From the NCBI RefSeq assembly GCF_044704955.1, contig NC_091987.1, forward strand, positions 126,852,001-126,916,000: a stretch of 64,000 bases of DNA, given 5' to 3'. A program made the translations under genes and the position numbers. Under the pieces are notes generated by a model. It was not told where the DNA came from and did not search any database. It saw only the letters and a program-made list of their open reading frames with translations. Shown here in pieces: positions 50,601 through 64,000 of this stretch (its first letter is position 1; the number at the start of each line of letters is the position of its first letter). Source of the DNA: Pristiophorus japonicus (taxonomy: Eukaryota).

Positions 50601-53600
50601 TTGTGTGTCGAACTGTGCATGCGGGACAGTGTGAACAGTGTGTTTGGTATTGCGTGAACAGTGTGTGTGGGACTGTATGAACAGTGTGAGTGTGACTGTA
50701 TGAACAGTGTGTGTGGGACTATGGGAACATTGTGTGTGGGACTGTGTGAACACTGTGTGTGGGACTGTGTGAACAGTGTGTGGGACTGTGTGAATACTGT
50801 GTATGTCGGACTATGTGAATATTTTGTGTGGGTCTGTTTGAACACTGTGTGTGGGACTGCGCAAACAGTGCGTGTGGGTCTGTGAACACTGTGTGTGTGT
50901 GACTGTGTGAATAGTGTGAGTGGGACTGTGAACGCTGTGTGTGTATGACTTTGTGAACAGTGTGTGTGGGACCGTGAACACTGTGTGTGGGACTGTGTGA
51001 AAAGTGTGTGTGGGACTGTGTGAACAGTGTGTGTGTAGGACTGTGTGCAGAGTGTGTGTGGGTCTGTGTTGAACGCTGTGTATGGGACTGTGTAAACAGT
51101 GTGTGTAGGACTGTGAACACTGTGTGTGCATGACTTTGTGAACATTGTGTGTGGGACCATCAACACTGTGCATGTGGGACTGTGCAAACAGTGTGTGTGG
51201 TATGGTGAACACTGTGTGTGGGACTGTGTGGACATCGCGTGTGGGACTGTGTGAACAGTGTGTGTGGGTCAGTGGGAACAGTGCGTGTGTATGTGGAATT
51301 GTGTGCACAGTGTGTGTGGGACTGTGTGAACAGTGTCTGTGGAATATTGTGAACACTGTGTGTGGGACTGTGTGAACACTGTGTATGGGACTGTGTCAAC
51401 AGTGTGTGTGCAACTGTGTGAACACTGTGTGTGGGACTGTGTCAAAAGTGTGTGTGGGACTGCGTGAACACTGTGTGTGGGATCGTGTGAATACTGTGTT
51501 GGGACTGTGTGAACAGTGTGTGTGGGATTGTGTGCACAGTGTGTGTGGGATTGTGTGCACAGTGTGTGTGGGACTGTGTGAACAATGTGTGTGGGACTGT
51601 GTGAAGCGTGTGTGTGGGACATTGTTAACAGTGTGTGTGGGGATATGTGAACACTGTGTGTGGGATTGTGTGAACACTGTGTGTAGGATTGTGTTAACAG
51701 TGTCACTGCGACTTTGTGTGCAGTGTGTGTGGGACTGTGTGAACACTATGTGTGGGACTGTGTGAACATTGTGTGCGGGACTGTGAGCACTGTATTTGGG
51801 ACTGTGTGAACACTTTTTCTGGGACTGTGTGAACAGTGTGTGTGGGACTGCGTGAACGGTGCGTGAGGGATTGTATAAACAGAGTGTGTGGGACTGTGTG
51901 AACACTTTGTATGGGCCTGTGTGAACATTGTGTGTGGGACTGTGTGAACAGTTTGTGTTCTGGGACTGAGTGCACAGTGTGTGTGGGCGACTGTGTGAAC
52001 AGCGTGTGTGGAACTGTGTGAACAGTATGTGTGGGACTCTGCGAACACTGTGTATGTGACTGTCTGAACAATGTGTGTGTGACAATGTGAACAGTGTGTG
52101 TGGGTCTGTGTGAACAGTGTGTGGGGGACTGCATAAATAGTGTGTGTGGGACTGTGTGAATAGAGTTTGGGACTGTGTGGACACTGCATGTGGGACTGTG
52201 TAAACCGTGTGTGTGGCACTGTATGAACAGTGCGTGTGGGTCTCAGTTGAACTATGTGTGTGGGACTGTGTAAACAGTGTATGTGGGACTGTGAGCACTG
52301 TGTGTGCGTGACATTGTGAACAGTGTGTGTGGGACCGTCAACACTGTGTGTGTGTGTGACTGTGTGCACAGTGTGTGTGGGTCTGTGTTGAACACTGTGT
52401 ATGGGACTGTGTAAATAGTGTGTGTGGACTGTGAACGCTGTGTGTGTGTGACTTTGTGAACAGTGTGTGTGGGACTGTATGAACAGTGCGCGTGTGTGTG
52501 GGATTGTGTGCACAATGTGTGTGGGACTGTGTGAACACTGTGTCTGGGACTGTGTGAATAGTGTCTGTGGAATATTGTGAACACTGTGTGTGGGACTGTG
52601 TGAACACTGTATATGGGACTGTGTGAACAGTGTGTGTGCAACTGTGTGAACACTGTGTGTGGGACTGTGTCAACAGTGTGTGTGGATCTGTGTGAACACT
52701 GTATATGGGACTGTGTGAACAGTGTGTGTGCAACTGTGTGAACATCGTGTGTGGGACTGTGTCAAAAGTGTGTGTGGGACTGCGTGAACAGTGTGTGTGA
52801 GATTGTGTGAATACTGTGTGTGGGACTGTGTGAACGATGTGTGTGGGATTGTGTGCACAGTGTGTGTGGGATTGTGTGCACAGTGTGTATGGGACTGTGT
52901 GAACAATGTGTTTGGGACTGTGTGAAGTGTGTGTGTGGGACATGGTTAACAGTGTGTGTGGGAATATGTGAACACTGTGTGTGGGATTGTGTGAACACTG
53001 TGTGTAGGGTTGTGTTAACAGTGTCACTGCGACGTTGTGAACAGTGTGTGTGGGAATGTGTGAACATTGTGTGTGGGACTGTGTGAACACAGTGTGCGGT
53101 ACTGTGAGAACTCTGTGTGTGGTACTGTGTGAACACTGTGTATGGGACTGTGTGAACAGTGTGTGTGGGACTGTGTGAAGAGTGTGTGTGGTACTGCGTG
53201 AACCATGTGCGTGGGACGGTTTGAACAGTGTGTGTGAGACTGTGTGAACAGTGTGTGCATGATTCTGTGAACACAGTGTGTGGGTCTGTGTTGAACACTG
53301 TGTATGGGACTGTGTAAACAGTGTGTGTGGGACTGTGAATACTATGTCTGTGTGACTTTGTGAACAGTCTGTGTGCGACCCTGAACACTGTGTGTGTGGG
53401 ACTGTGTGAACAGTGTGTGTGGGTGTAGGATTGTGTGTAAAGTGTGTGTAGGACTGTGTGAACACTGTGTGTGGGACTGTGTGAACATTGTCTGTGGGAT
53501 TTTGTGAACACTGTGTGGGACTGTGTGAACAATGTGTGTGGGAATGTGCCAACCGTGTGTGTGTGACTGTATGAATGTGTATGGGACTGTGTGAACAGTG

Positions 53601-56600
53601 TGTGTGGGACAGTGTGAACAGTATGTGTGTGGGATTGTGTGAACAGTGTGTATGGGACTGTGTGAATAGAGTGTGCGACTGTGTGAACACTGTGTGTGGG
53701 ACTGTGTAAACAGTGTGTGTGGGAAGTATGCACACTGAGTGTGGGACTGTGGGAACATTGTGTGTGGGACTGTGTGAACACTGTGTGTGGGACTATGTGA
53801 ACATTGCGTGTGAGACTGTGTGAACAGTGTGTGTGAGACTGTGTGAACAGTGCATGTGGGACTGTGTGAACAGTGCGTGTGGGACTGCGTGAACACTGTG
53901 TGTGGGACTGTGTGAACAGTGCATGTGGGATTGTGTCAACAGTATGTGTGTGTGGGACTGTGTGAACAGTGTGTGTGGGACTGTGTGAACACTGTGCGTG
54001 GGACTGTGTGAACAGTGTGTGTGAGACTGTGTGAAAAGTGCATGTGGGACTGTGTGAACAGTGCGAGTGGGATTTTATTAACACAGTGTGTGGGATTGTA
54101 TAAACAGCGTTTGTGGGACTGTGTGAACACTTTGTGTGGGCCTGTGTGAACATTGTGTGTGGGACTGTGTGAACAGTATGTGTTTCTGGGACTGAGTGCA
54201 CAGTGTGTGTGGGACTGTGTGAACAGCATGTGTGGAACTGTGTGAACAGTATGTGTGGGACTCTGCGAACACTGTGCGTGTGACTGAATGAACAGTGTGT
54301 GTGGGACAATGTGAACAGTGTGTGTGGGTCTGTGTGAACAGTGTGTGGGGGACTGCGTGAATAGTGTATGTGGGACTGTGTGAATAGAGTGTGGGACTGT
54401 GTGGACACTGCATGTGGGACTGTGTAAACAGTGTGTGTGGGATCGTGTGAATACTGTGAGTGGGACTGTCTGAACAGTGTGTGTGGGACTGTGTGAACAG
54501 TGCGTGTGGGTCTCAGTTGAACAATGTGTGTGGGACTGTGTAAACACTGTGTGTGGGACTGTGAACACTGTATGTGTTTGACTGTGTGAACAGTGTGTGT
54601 GGGTCTGTCTTGAACACTGTGTATGGGACTGTGTAAACAGTGTATGTGGGACTGTGAGCACTGTGTGTGCGTGACATTGTGAACAGTGTGTGTGGGACCG
54701 TCAACACTGTGAGTGTATGTGACTTTGTGAACAGTGTGTGTGGGTCTGTGTTGAACACTGTGTATGGGACTGTGTAAATAGTGTGTGTGGGACTGTGAAC
54801 ACTGTGTGTGTGTGACATTGCGAACAGTGTGTGTGGGACCATCAACACTGTGTGTATGGGACTGTGCTAACAGTGTAGGTGGGACGGTGAACACTGTGTG
54901 TGGGACTGTGTGAACATCGTGTGTAGGACTGTGTGAACAGTGTGTGTGGGACTGTGTGAACAGTGCGTGTGTGTGTGTGGGATTGTGTGCACAGTGTGTG
55001 TGAGACTGTGTGAACACTGTGTCTGGGACTGTGTGAATAGTGTTTGTGGAATATTGTGAACACTGTATGTGGGACTGTTTGAACACTGTATGTGGGACTG
55101 TGTGAACAGTGTGTGTGCAACTGTGTGAACACTGTGTGTGGGACTGTGTGAACAGTGTGTGTGTGACTGTGTGAACACTGTGTGTGGAACTGTGTGAACA
55201 GTATGTGTGCGACTCTGCGAACACTGTGTGTGTGACTATATGAACTGTGTGTGTAGGACAGTGTGAACAGTGTGTGGGTGACTGTGATAATAGTGTGTGT
55301 GCGACTGTGTGAACAGTAATTATATGTGGGACTGTGTGCTCAATGAGTGTGAGAATGTGTGAACAGTGCATGTGGGACAGTGAGAATACAGTGTGTGGGA
55401 TTTTGTGAACACAGTGTTTGGGATGCTATCAACAGGGTGTGTGGGACTGTGTGAACACTGTGTGTGGGACTATGTGAACATTGTGTGTGGGACTGTGTGA
55501 ACAGTATGTGTGTCTGGGACTGTGTGCACAGTGTCTGTGGGACTGTGTGAACACTGTGTATGGGACTCTGTGAAAAGTGTCTGTGCGACTGTGTGAACAG
55601 TGCGTATGGGACTCTGCGAACACTGTGTGCGTGACTGTATGAACAGTGTGTGTGGGACAGTGTGAACAGTGTGTGTGTGTGTGTGTGTCTGTGTGAACAG
55701 TGTGTGGGGGACTGCGTGAACTGTGTGTGTGGGACTGCGTGAACAGTGTGTGGGGAACTGTGTGAATAGAGTGTGCGATTGTGTGAACAGTCTGTGTGGG
55801 ACTGTGTGAACACTGCATGTGGGACTGTGTAAACAGTGTGTGTGGGGCTGTGTGAACACTGTGTGTGGGATCGTGTGAATGCTGTGTGTGGGACTGTGTG
55901 AACAGTGTGTGTGGGACTGTGTTGAACAGTGTGTATGGGGCTGTGTAAACAATGTGTGTGGGACTGTGAGAATACTGTGTGTGGGATTTTGTGAACAGTG
56001 TGTGTGGGATTGTGTGAACAGTGTGTGTGGGAATGTGCCAACCGTGTGAACAGTATGTGTGGGGGACTGTGTGAACAGTATGTATGGGACTGTGTGAACA
56101 CTGTGTGTGGGAATTTGTGAACACTGTGTGTGGAACTGTGTCAACAGTGTATGTGGGACTGTGTCAACACTGTGTGAGGGACTGTGTGAACATTGTGTGT
56201 GGGGCTGTGTGAATACTGTGTGTGGGACTGTGTGAACACAGTGTGTTTGACTGTGTCAAAAGTGTGTGTGGAACTGTGTGAACAGTGTGTGTGTGTGGGA
56301 CTGTGTGAACACTGTGTGTGGGACTGTGTGAACACAGTGTGTTTGACTGTGTCAAAAGTGTGTGTGGAACTGTGTGAACAGTGTGTGTGTGCGGGACTGT
56401 GTGAACAGTGTGTGTGGGACTGTGTGAACACTGTGTGTGGGACTATGTGAACATTGTGTGTGGGACTGTGTGAACATTGTGTATAGGACAGTGTGAATAC
56501 TGTCTGTGCAACAGTGTGAACAGTGTGTGTGGGACTGTGTGAACAGTGTGTTTGGGACTGCGTGAACGATGTATGTGGGACTGTTTGAACAGTGTGTGTG

Positions 56601-57959
56601 AGACTGTGTAAATAGTGTGTGCGTGACTCTTGAACACAGTGTGTGGGTCTGTCTTGAACACTGTGTATGGGACTGTGTAAATAGAGCGTGTGGGACTGTG
56701 AACACTGTGTGTGTGTGACTTTGTGAACAGTGTGTGTGGGACCGTCAACACTGTGTGTGTGGGACTGTGTGAACATTGTGTGTGGGACTGTGTGAACAGT
56801 GTGTGTGGGACTGTGTGAACAGTGCGTGTATGTGTGGGATTGTGTGCACAATGTGTGTGGGACTGTGTGAACACTGTGTCTGGGACTGTGTGAATAGTGT
56901 CTGTGGAATATTGTGAACACTGTGTGTGGGACTGTTTGAACACTGTATGTGGGCATGTGTGAACAGTGTGTGTGCAACTGTGTGAACACTGTGTGTGGGA
57001 CTGTGTGAACACTGTGTATGGGACTCTGCGAACACTGAGTGCGTGACTGTATGAACAGTGTGTGTGGGACTGTGTGAACAGTGTGTGTGTGTGTGTGTCT
57101 GTGTGAATAGTGTGTGGGGGACTGCGTGAACAGTGTGTGTGGGACTGCGTGAACAGTGTGTGGGGAACTGTGTGAATCGAGTGTGGGATTGTGTGAACAG
57201 TCTGTGTGGGACTGTGTGAATAGAGTGTGGGACTGTGTGAACACTGCATGTGGGACTGTGTAAACAGTGTGTGTGGGACTGTGTGAACACTGTGTGTGGG
57301 ATCGTGTGAATGCTGTGTGGGGGACTGTGTGAACAGTGTGTACGTGTCTGTGTGAACACTGTGTGAGGGACTGTGAGAACACTGTGTGTGGGCCTGTGTG
57401 AACACAGTGTGTTTGACTGTGTGAACACTGTATGTGGGACTGTGTGAACACTGTGTGTGGGATCGTGTGAATACTGTGTGTGGGACTGTGTGAGCAGTGT
57501 GTGTGGGATTGTGTGCACAGTGTGTGTGGGATTGTGTGCACAGTGTTTGTGGGACTGTGTGAACAATGTGTGTGGGACTGTGTGAAGCGTGTGTGTGGGA
57601 CATTGTTAACAGTGTGTGTGGGAATATGTGAACGCTGTGTGTGGGATTGTGTGAACAGTGTCACTGCGACTGTGTGAACAGTGTGTGTGGGACTGTGTGA
57701 ACATTGTGTGTAGGACTGTGTGAACACTGTCTGTGCGACAGTGTGAACAGTGTGTGTGGGACTGTGTGAAGACTGTGTGTGAGACTGTGTGAACACTGTC
57801 TGTGCGACAGTGTGAACAGTGTGTGTGGGACTGTGTGAAGACTGTGTGTGGGACTGTGTGAACACTGTGTGTGGGACTGTGAGAACTCTGTGTGTGGTAC
57901 TGTGTGAACACTGAGTATGGGACAGTGTGAACAGTGTGTGTGGGACTGTGTGAAGAGTG

Positions 57960-58665
57960 TGTGTGGGACTGCGTGAACCATGTGTGTGGGACTGTTTGAA
58001 CAGTGTGTGTGAGACTGTGTGAACAGTGTGTGTGCGTGTAGGATTGTGTGCACAGTGTGTGTTGGACTGTGTGAACAGTGTCTGTGGGACTTTGTGAACA
58101 CTGTGTGTGGGACTGTGTGAACATTGTGTGTGGGAATGTGCCAACCATGTGTGTGGGACTGTGTGAATGTGTATTGGACTGTGTGAACGGTGTGTGTGGG
58201 ACAGTGTGAACAGTATGTGTGGGGGACTATGTGAACAGTATGTATGGGATTGTGTGAACAGTGTGTGTGGGACTGTGTGAATAGAGTGTGGGACTGTGTG
58301 AACACTGTGTGTGGGACTGCGTGAACCATGTGTGTGGGACTGTTTGAACAGTGTGTGTGAGACTGTGTGAACAGTGTGTGTGCGTGTAGCATTGTGTGCA
58401 CAGTGTGTGTTGGACTGTGTGAACAGTGTCTGTGGGACTTTGTGAACACTGTGTGTGGGACTGTGTGAACATTGTGTGTGGGAATGTGCCAACCTTGTGT
58501 GTGGGACTGTGTGAATGTGTATTGGACTGTGTGAACGGTGTGTGTGGGACAGTGTGAACAGTATGTGTGGGGGACTATGTGAACAGTATGTATGGGATTG
58601 TGTGAACAGTGTGTGTGGGACTGTGTGAATAGAGTGTGGGACTGTGTGAACACTGTGTGTGGGAC
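57960..58665. repeat. 348-bp tandem duplication of a satellite block
   Basis: Markers gcgtgaacca at 57971 and 58319, and ccaacc at 58141 and 58489. Confidence 0.75.
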
Positions 58666-60232
58666 TGTGTAAACAGTGTGTGTGGGACAGTATGCACACT
58701 GAGTGTGGGAATGTGTGAACACTGTGTGTGGGAATTTGTGAACACTGTGTGTGGGACTGTGTCAACAGTGTATGTGGGACTGTGTCAACACTGTGTGAGG
58801 GACTGTGTGAACACTGTGTATGGGACTGTGTGAACAGTGTGTGTGAGACTGTGTGAAGAGTGTGTGTGGGACTGCGTGAACCATGTGTGTGGGACTGTTT
58901 GAACAGTGTGTGTGAGACTGTGTGAACAGTGTGTGTGGTGCACAGTGTGTGGGGAACTGTGGGAATAGAGTGTGGGATTGCGTGAACAGTGTGTGTGGGA
59001 CTGTGTGAACACAGTGTGTTTGACTGTGTCAAAAGTGTGTGTGGGACTGTGTGAACACTGTGTGTGGGATCGTGTTAATATTGTGTGTGGGACTGTGTGA
59101 ACAGTGTGTGTGGGATTGTGTGCAGTGTGTGTGGGATTGTGTGCACAGTGTGTGTGGAACTGTGTGAACAATGTGTGTGGGACTGTGTGAAGCGTGTGTG
59201 TGGGACATTGTTAACAGTGTGTGTGGAAATATGTGAACACTGTGTGTAGGATTGTGTTAACAGTGTCACTGCGACTGTGTGAACAGTGTGTGTGGGACTG
59301 TGTGAACATTGTGTGTAGGACTGTGTGAACACTGTCTGTGCGACAGTGTGAACAGCGTGTGTGGGACTGTGAGAACAGTGTGTGTGCGTGTAGGATTGTG
59401 TGCACAGTGTGTGTTCTACTGTGAACAGTGTCTGTGGGACTTTGTGAACACTGTGTGTGGGACTGTGTGAACATTGTGTGTGGGAATGTGCCAACCGTGT
59501 GTGTGGGACTGTGTGAATGTGTATGGGACTGTGTGAACGGTGTGTGTGGGACAGTGTGAACAATATGTGTGGGGGACTATGTGAACAGTATGTATGGGAC
59601 TGTGTGAACACTGTATGTGGGACTGTGTAAACAGTGTGTGTGGGACAGTATGCACACTGAGTGTGGGAATGTGTGAACACTGTGTGTGGGAATTTGTGAA
59701 CACTGTGTGTGGGACTGTGTCAACACTGTGTGAGCGACTGTGTGAACACTGTGTATGGGACTGTGTGAACAGTGTGTGTGAGACTGTGTGAAGAGTGTGT
59801 GTGGGACTGCGTGAACCATGTGTGTGGGATTGTTTGAACAGTGTGTGTGAGACTGTGTGAACAGTGTGTGTGGGTGTAGGATGGTGTGCACAGTGTGTGT
59901 TGGACTGTGTGAACACTGTGTGTGGGACTGTGTGAACAGTGTCTGTGGGATTTTGTGAACACTGTGTGTGGGACTGTGTGAACATTGTGTGTGGGAATGT
60001 GCCAACCGTGTGTGTGGGACTGTGTGAATGTGTATGGGACTGTGTGAACGGTGTGTGTGGGACAGTGTGAACAGTATGTGTAGGGGACTATGTGAACAGT
60101 ATCTATGGGACTGTGTGAACAGTGTGTGTGGGATTGTGTGAACAATGTGTGTGGGACTGTGTGAATACAGTGTGGGACTGTGTGAACACTGTGTGTGGGA
60201 CTGTGTAAACAGTGTGTGTGGGACAGTATGCA

Positions 60233-62191
60233 CACTGAGTGTGGGATTGTGTGAACACTGTGTGTGGGACTGTGCCAACAGTGTATGTGGGATTATGTGA
60301 ACAATGTATGTGTGACTGTGTGAACACTGTGTGTGGGACTGTGTGAACAGTGTGTGTGGGATTGTGTGAACAATGTGTATGTGTCTGTGTGAACACTGTG
60401 TATGTGTCTGTGTGAACACTGTGTGTGGGACTGTGTGAATACTGTGTGTGGGACTGTGTGAACAGAGTGTGTTTGGGACTGGGCAGAGTGTGTGTGGGAT
60501 TTTGTGACTATTGTATATGTGATTATGTGAACGGTGTGTGTGTGCGACTATGTGAACACTGTGTGTGGGACTGTGTGGACAGTTTGTGTGGGACTGTGCG
60601 AACAGTGTGTGTGTGAGACTGTGTGAACAGTGTGTACGGGATTTTGTGAAAAGTGGATGTGTGTGTGAAACTATGTGAACAGTGTGTGTGGGACTGTGTG
60701 AACACGGTGTATGGGACTGGGTGAACACTAATTGTGCGACCATGTGAACACTGTGTGTGGGACAGTGTGAACAATGTGTCTGGGACTGTTTGAAAAGTGT
60801 GCTTGGGACTGTGTGAACAGTGTGTTTGGGTCTCTGTTGAATAGTGTGTGTGGGACTGTGCAAACAGTGTGTGTGGGACTGTGAACACTGAGTGTGGGAT
60901 TGTGTGAACACTGTGTGTGGGACTGTGCCAACAGTGTATGTGGGATTATGTGAACAATGTATGTGTGACTGTGTGAACACTGTGTGTGGGACTGTGTGAA
61001 CAGTGTGTGTGGGATTGTGTGAACAATGTGTATGTGTCTGTGTGAACACTGTGTATGTGTCTGTGTGAACACTGTGTGTGGGACTGTGTGAATACTGTGT
61101 GTGGGACTGTGTGAACAGAGTGTGTTTGGGACTGGGCAGAGTGTGTGTGGGATTTTGTGACTATTGTATATGTGATTATGTGAACGGTGTGTGTGTGCAA
61201 CTATGTGAACACTGTGTGTGGGACTGTGTGGACAGTTTGTGTGGGACTGTGCGAACAGTGTGTGTGTGAGACTGTGTGAACAGTGTGTACGGGATTTTGT
61301 GAAAAGTGGATGTGTGTGTGAAACTATGTGAACAGTGTGTGTGGGACTGTGTGAACACGGTGTATGGGACTGGGTGAACACTAATTGTGCGACCATGTGA
61401 ACACTGTGTGTGGGACAGTGTGAACAATGTGTCTGGGACTGTTTGAAAAGTGTGCTTGGGACTGTGTGAACAGTGTGTTTGGGTCTCTGTTGAATAGTGT
61501 GTGTGGGACTGTGCAAACAGTGTGTGTGGGACTGTGAACACTGAGTGTGGGATTGTGTGAACACTGTGTGTGGGACTGTGCCAACAGTGTATGTGGGATT
61601 ATGTGAACAATGTATGTGTGACTGTGTGAACACTGTGTGTGGGACTGTGTGAACAGTGTGTGTGGGATTGTGTGAACAATGTGTATGTGTCTGTGTGAAC
61701 ACTGTGTATGTGTCTGTGTGAACACTGTGTGTGGGACTGTGTGAATACTGTGTGTGGGACTGTGTGAACAGAGTGTGTTTGGGACTGGGCAGAGTGTGTG
61801 TGGGATTTTGTGACTATTGTATATGTGATTATGTGAACGGTGTGTGTGTGCGACTATGTGAACACTGTGTGTGGGACTGTGTGGACAGTTTGTGTGGGAC
61901 TGTGCGAACAGTGTGTGTGTGAGACTGTGTGAACAGTGTGTACGGGATTTTGTGAAAAGTGGATGTGTGTGTGAAACTATGTGAACAGTGTGTGTGGGAC
62001 TGTGTGAACACGGTGTATGGGACTGGGTGAACACTAATTGTGCGACCATGTGAACACTGTGTGTGGGACAGTGTGAACAATGTGTCTGGGACTGTTTGAA
62101 AAGTGTGCTTGGGACTGTGTGAACAGTGTGTTTGGGTCTCTGTTGAATAGTGTGTGTGGGACTGTGCAAACAGTGTGTGTGGGACTGTGAA
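60233..62191. repeat. 653-bp higher-order repeat x3
   Basis: Near-identical ORF peptides at 60425, 61078 and 61731. Rare markers gggactgggcagag and cactaattgtgcgacc each occur three times, 653 bp apart. Confidence 0.92.
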
Positions 62192-64000
62192 CACTGTGTG
62201 TGGGATTGTGTGAACAGTGTCACTGCGACTGTGTGAACAGTGTGTGGGGAACTGTGGGAATAGAGTGTGGGATTGTGTGAACACTGCATGTGGGACTGTG
62301 TAAACAGTGTGTGTGGGACTGTGTGAACACTATGTGTGGGATCGTGTGAATGCTGTGTGGGGGACTGTGTGAACAGTGTGTACGTGTCTGTGTGAACACT
62401 GTGTGAGGGACTATGAGAACACTGTGTGTGGGACTGTGTGAACACAATGTGTTTGACTGTGTCAAAAGTGTGTGTGGGACTGCGTGAACACTGTGTGTGG
62501 GATCGTGTTAATATTGTGTGTGGGACTGTGTGAACAGTGTGTATGGGATTGTGTGCACAGTGTGTGTGGGATTGTGTGCACAGTGTGTGTGGAACTGTGT
62601 GAACAATGTGTGTGGGACTGTGTGAAGACTGTGTGTGGGACATTGTTAACAATGTGTGTGGAAATATGTGAACACTGTGTGTAGGATTGTGTTAACAGTG
62701 TCACTGCGACTGTGTGAACAGTGTGTGTGGGACTGTGTGAACATTGTGTGTAGGACTGTGTGAACACTGTCTGTGCGACAGTGTGAACAGCGTGTGTGGG
62801 ACTGTGAGAACAGTGTGTGTGCGTGTAGGATTGTGTGCACAGTGTGTGTTCTACTGTGTGAACAGTGTCTGTGGGACTTTGTGAACACTGTGTGTGGGAC
62901 TGTGTGAACATTGTGTGTGGGAATGTGCCAACCGTGTGTGTGGGACTGTGTGAATGTGTATGGGACTGTGTGAACGGTGTGTGTGGGACAGTGTGAACAA
63001 TATGTGTGGGGGACTATGTGAACAGTATGTATGGGACTGTGTGAACACTGTATGTGGGACTGTGTAAACAGTGTGTGTGGGACAGTATGCACACTGAGTG
63101 TGGGAATGTGTGAACACTGTGTGTGGGAATTTGTGAACACTGTGTGTGGGACTGTGTCAACACTGTTTGAGCGACTGTGTGAACACTGTGTATGGGACTC
63201 TGAACAGTGTGTGTGAGACTGTGTGAAGAGTGTGTGTGGGACTGCGTGAACCATGTGTGTGGGATTGTTTGAACAGTGTGTGTGAGACTGTGTGAACAGT
63301 GTGTGTGGGTGTAGGATGGTGTGCACAGTGTGTGTTGGACTGTGTGAACACTGTGTGTGGGACTGCGTGAATACTGTGTGCGGGACTGTGAGAACTCTGT
63401 GTGCTTCTGTGTGAACACTGTGTATGGGCCTGTGTGAACAGTGTGTGTGGGACTGTGTGAACAGTGTGTGTGGGACTGCGTGAACGATGTGTGTGGGACT
63501 GTTTGAACAGTGTGTGTGAGACTGTGTGAATAGTGTGTGCGTGACTCTGTGAACACAGTGTGTGGGTCTGTGTTGAACACTGTCTATGGGACTGTGTAAA
63601 CAGTGCGTGTGGGACTGTGAATACTGTGTGTGTGTGACTTTGTGAACAGTCTGTGTGCGACCGTGAACACTGTGTGTGGGACTGTGTGAACAGTGTCTGT
63701 GGGATTTTGTGAACACTGTGTGTGGGACTGTGTGAACATTGTGTGTGGGACTGTGTGAAGCGTGTGTGTGGGACTGTGTGAATGTGTATGGGACTGTGTG
63801 AACGGTGTGTGTGGGACAGTGTGAACAGTATGTGTGGGGGACTATGTGAACAGTATGTATGGAACTGTGTGAACAGTGTGTGTGGGATTGTGTGAACAGT
63901 GTGTGTGGGACTGTGTGAATAGAGTGTGGGACTGTATGAACACTGTGTGTGGGACTGTGTAAACAGTGTGTGTGGGACAGTATGCACACTGAGTTTGGGA

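Larger units (their letters stand above)
1..64000. repeat. TG-rich tandem satellite/minisatellite, ~23-bp monomer GGGACTGTGTGAACA(G/C)TGTGTGT, same orientation throughout
   Basis: GGGAC recurs at 3 and 26 (period 23) and at 21-25-bp spacing across the whole window. Length variants arise from (TG)n slippage. The array is interrupted only by six ~310-bp islands and runs off both window ends. Confidence 0.98.

Noticed and set aside
1-64000. CRISPR array (regular ~23-bp repeats with a hairpin)
   Set aside because: The repeats are head-to-tail with no unique spacers, there are no cas genes, and the embedded gene fragment is eukaryotic.
1-64000. Assigning the host taxon (the TG-rich satellite style is reminiscent of cartilaginous-fish assemblies) or a telomeric/centromeric position
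   Set aside because: Impression only. No TTAGGG arrays or diagnostic motifs were seen. A BLAST of the STMP1 island would be needed.

Overview
Eukaryotic, probably vertebrate, heterochromatin-like window. About 97% is one uninterrupted, single-orientation TG-rich tandem satellite with a ~23-bp monomer (GGGACTGTGTGAACA[G/C]TGTGTGT; 21/25-bp variants). It is organised into nested higher-order repeats: ~1.8 kb, 2.9/3.4 kb, 3.1-4.0 kb, 1.4-2.7 kb, 653 bp, 348 bp and a 49-bp VNTR. The only complex sequence is six ~305-315-bp islands between 622 and 9839. Each is an intronless, minus-strand copy of the mitochondrial microprotein gene STMP1 (C7orf73/Mm47), with short 5' and 3' UTR-like flanks. All six have ATC where the start ATG should be, have no poly(A) tail, fall into two subfamilies (order A-A-B-A-B-B) and appear to be decaying neutrally. 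The simplest reading is one captured mRNA-derived fragment co-amplified as a passenger of the satellite. The many long His/Thr/Ser-rich ORFs (up to 2628 aa) are artefacts of a stop-free satellite strand. No RNA genes, autonomous mobile elements or CRISPR arrays were seen. All comparisons were done by eye, so coordinates of the higher-order blocks are approximate.
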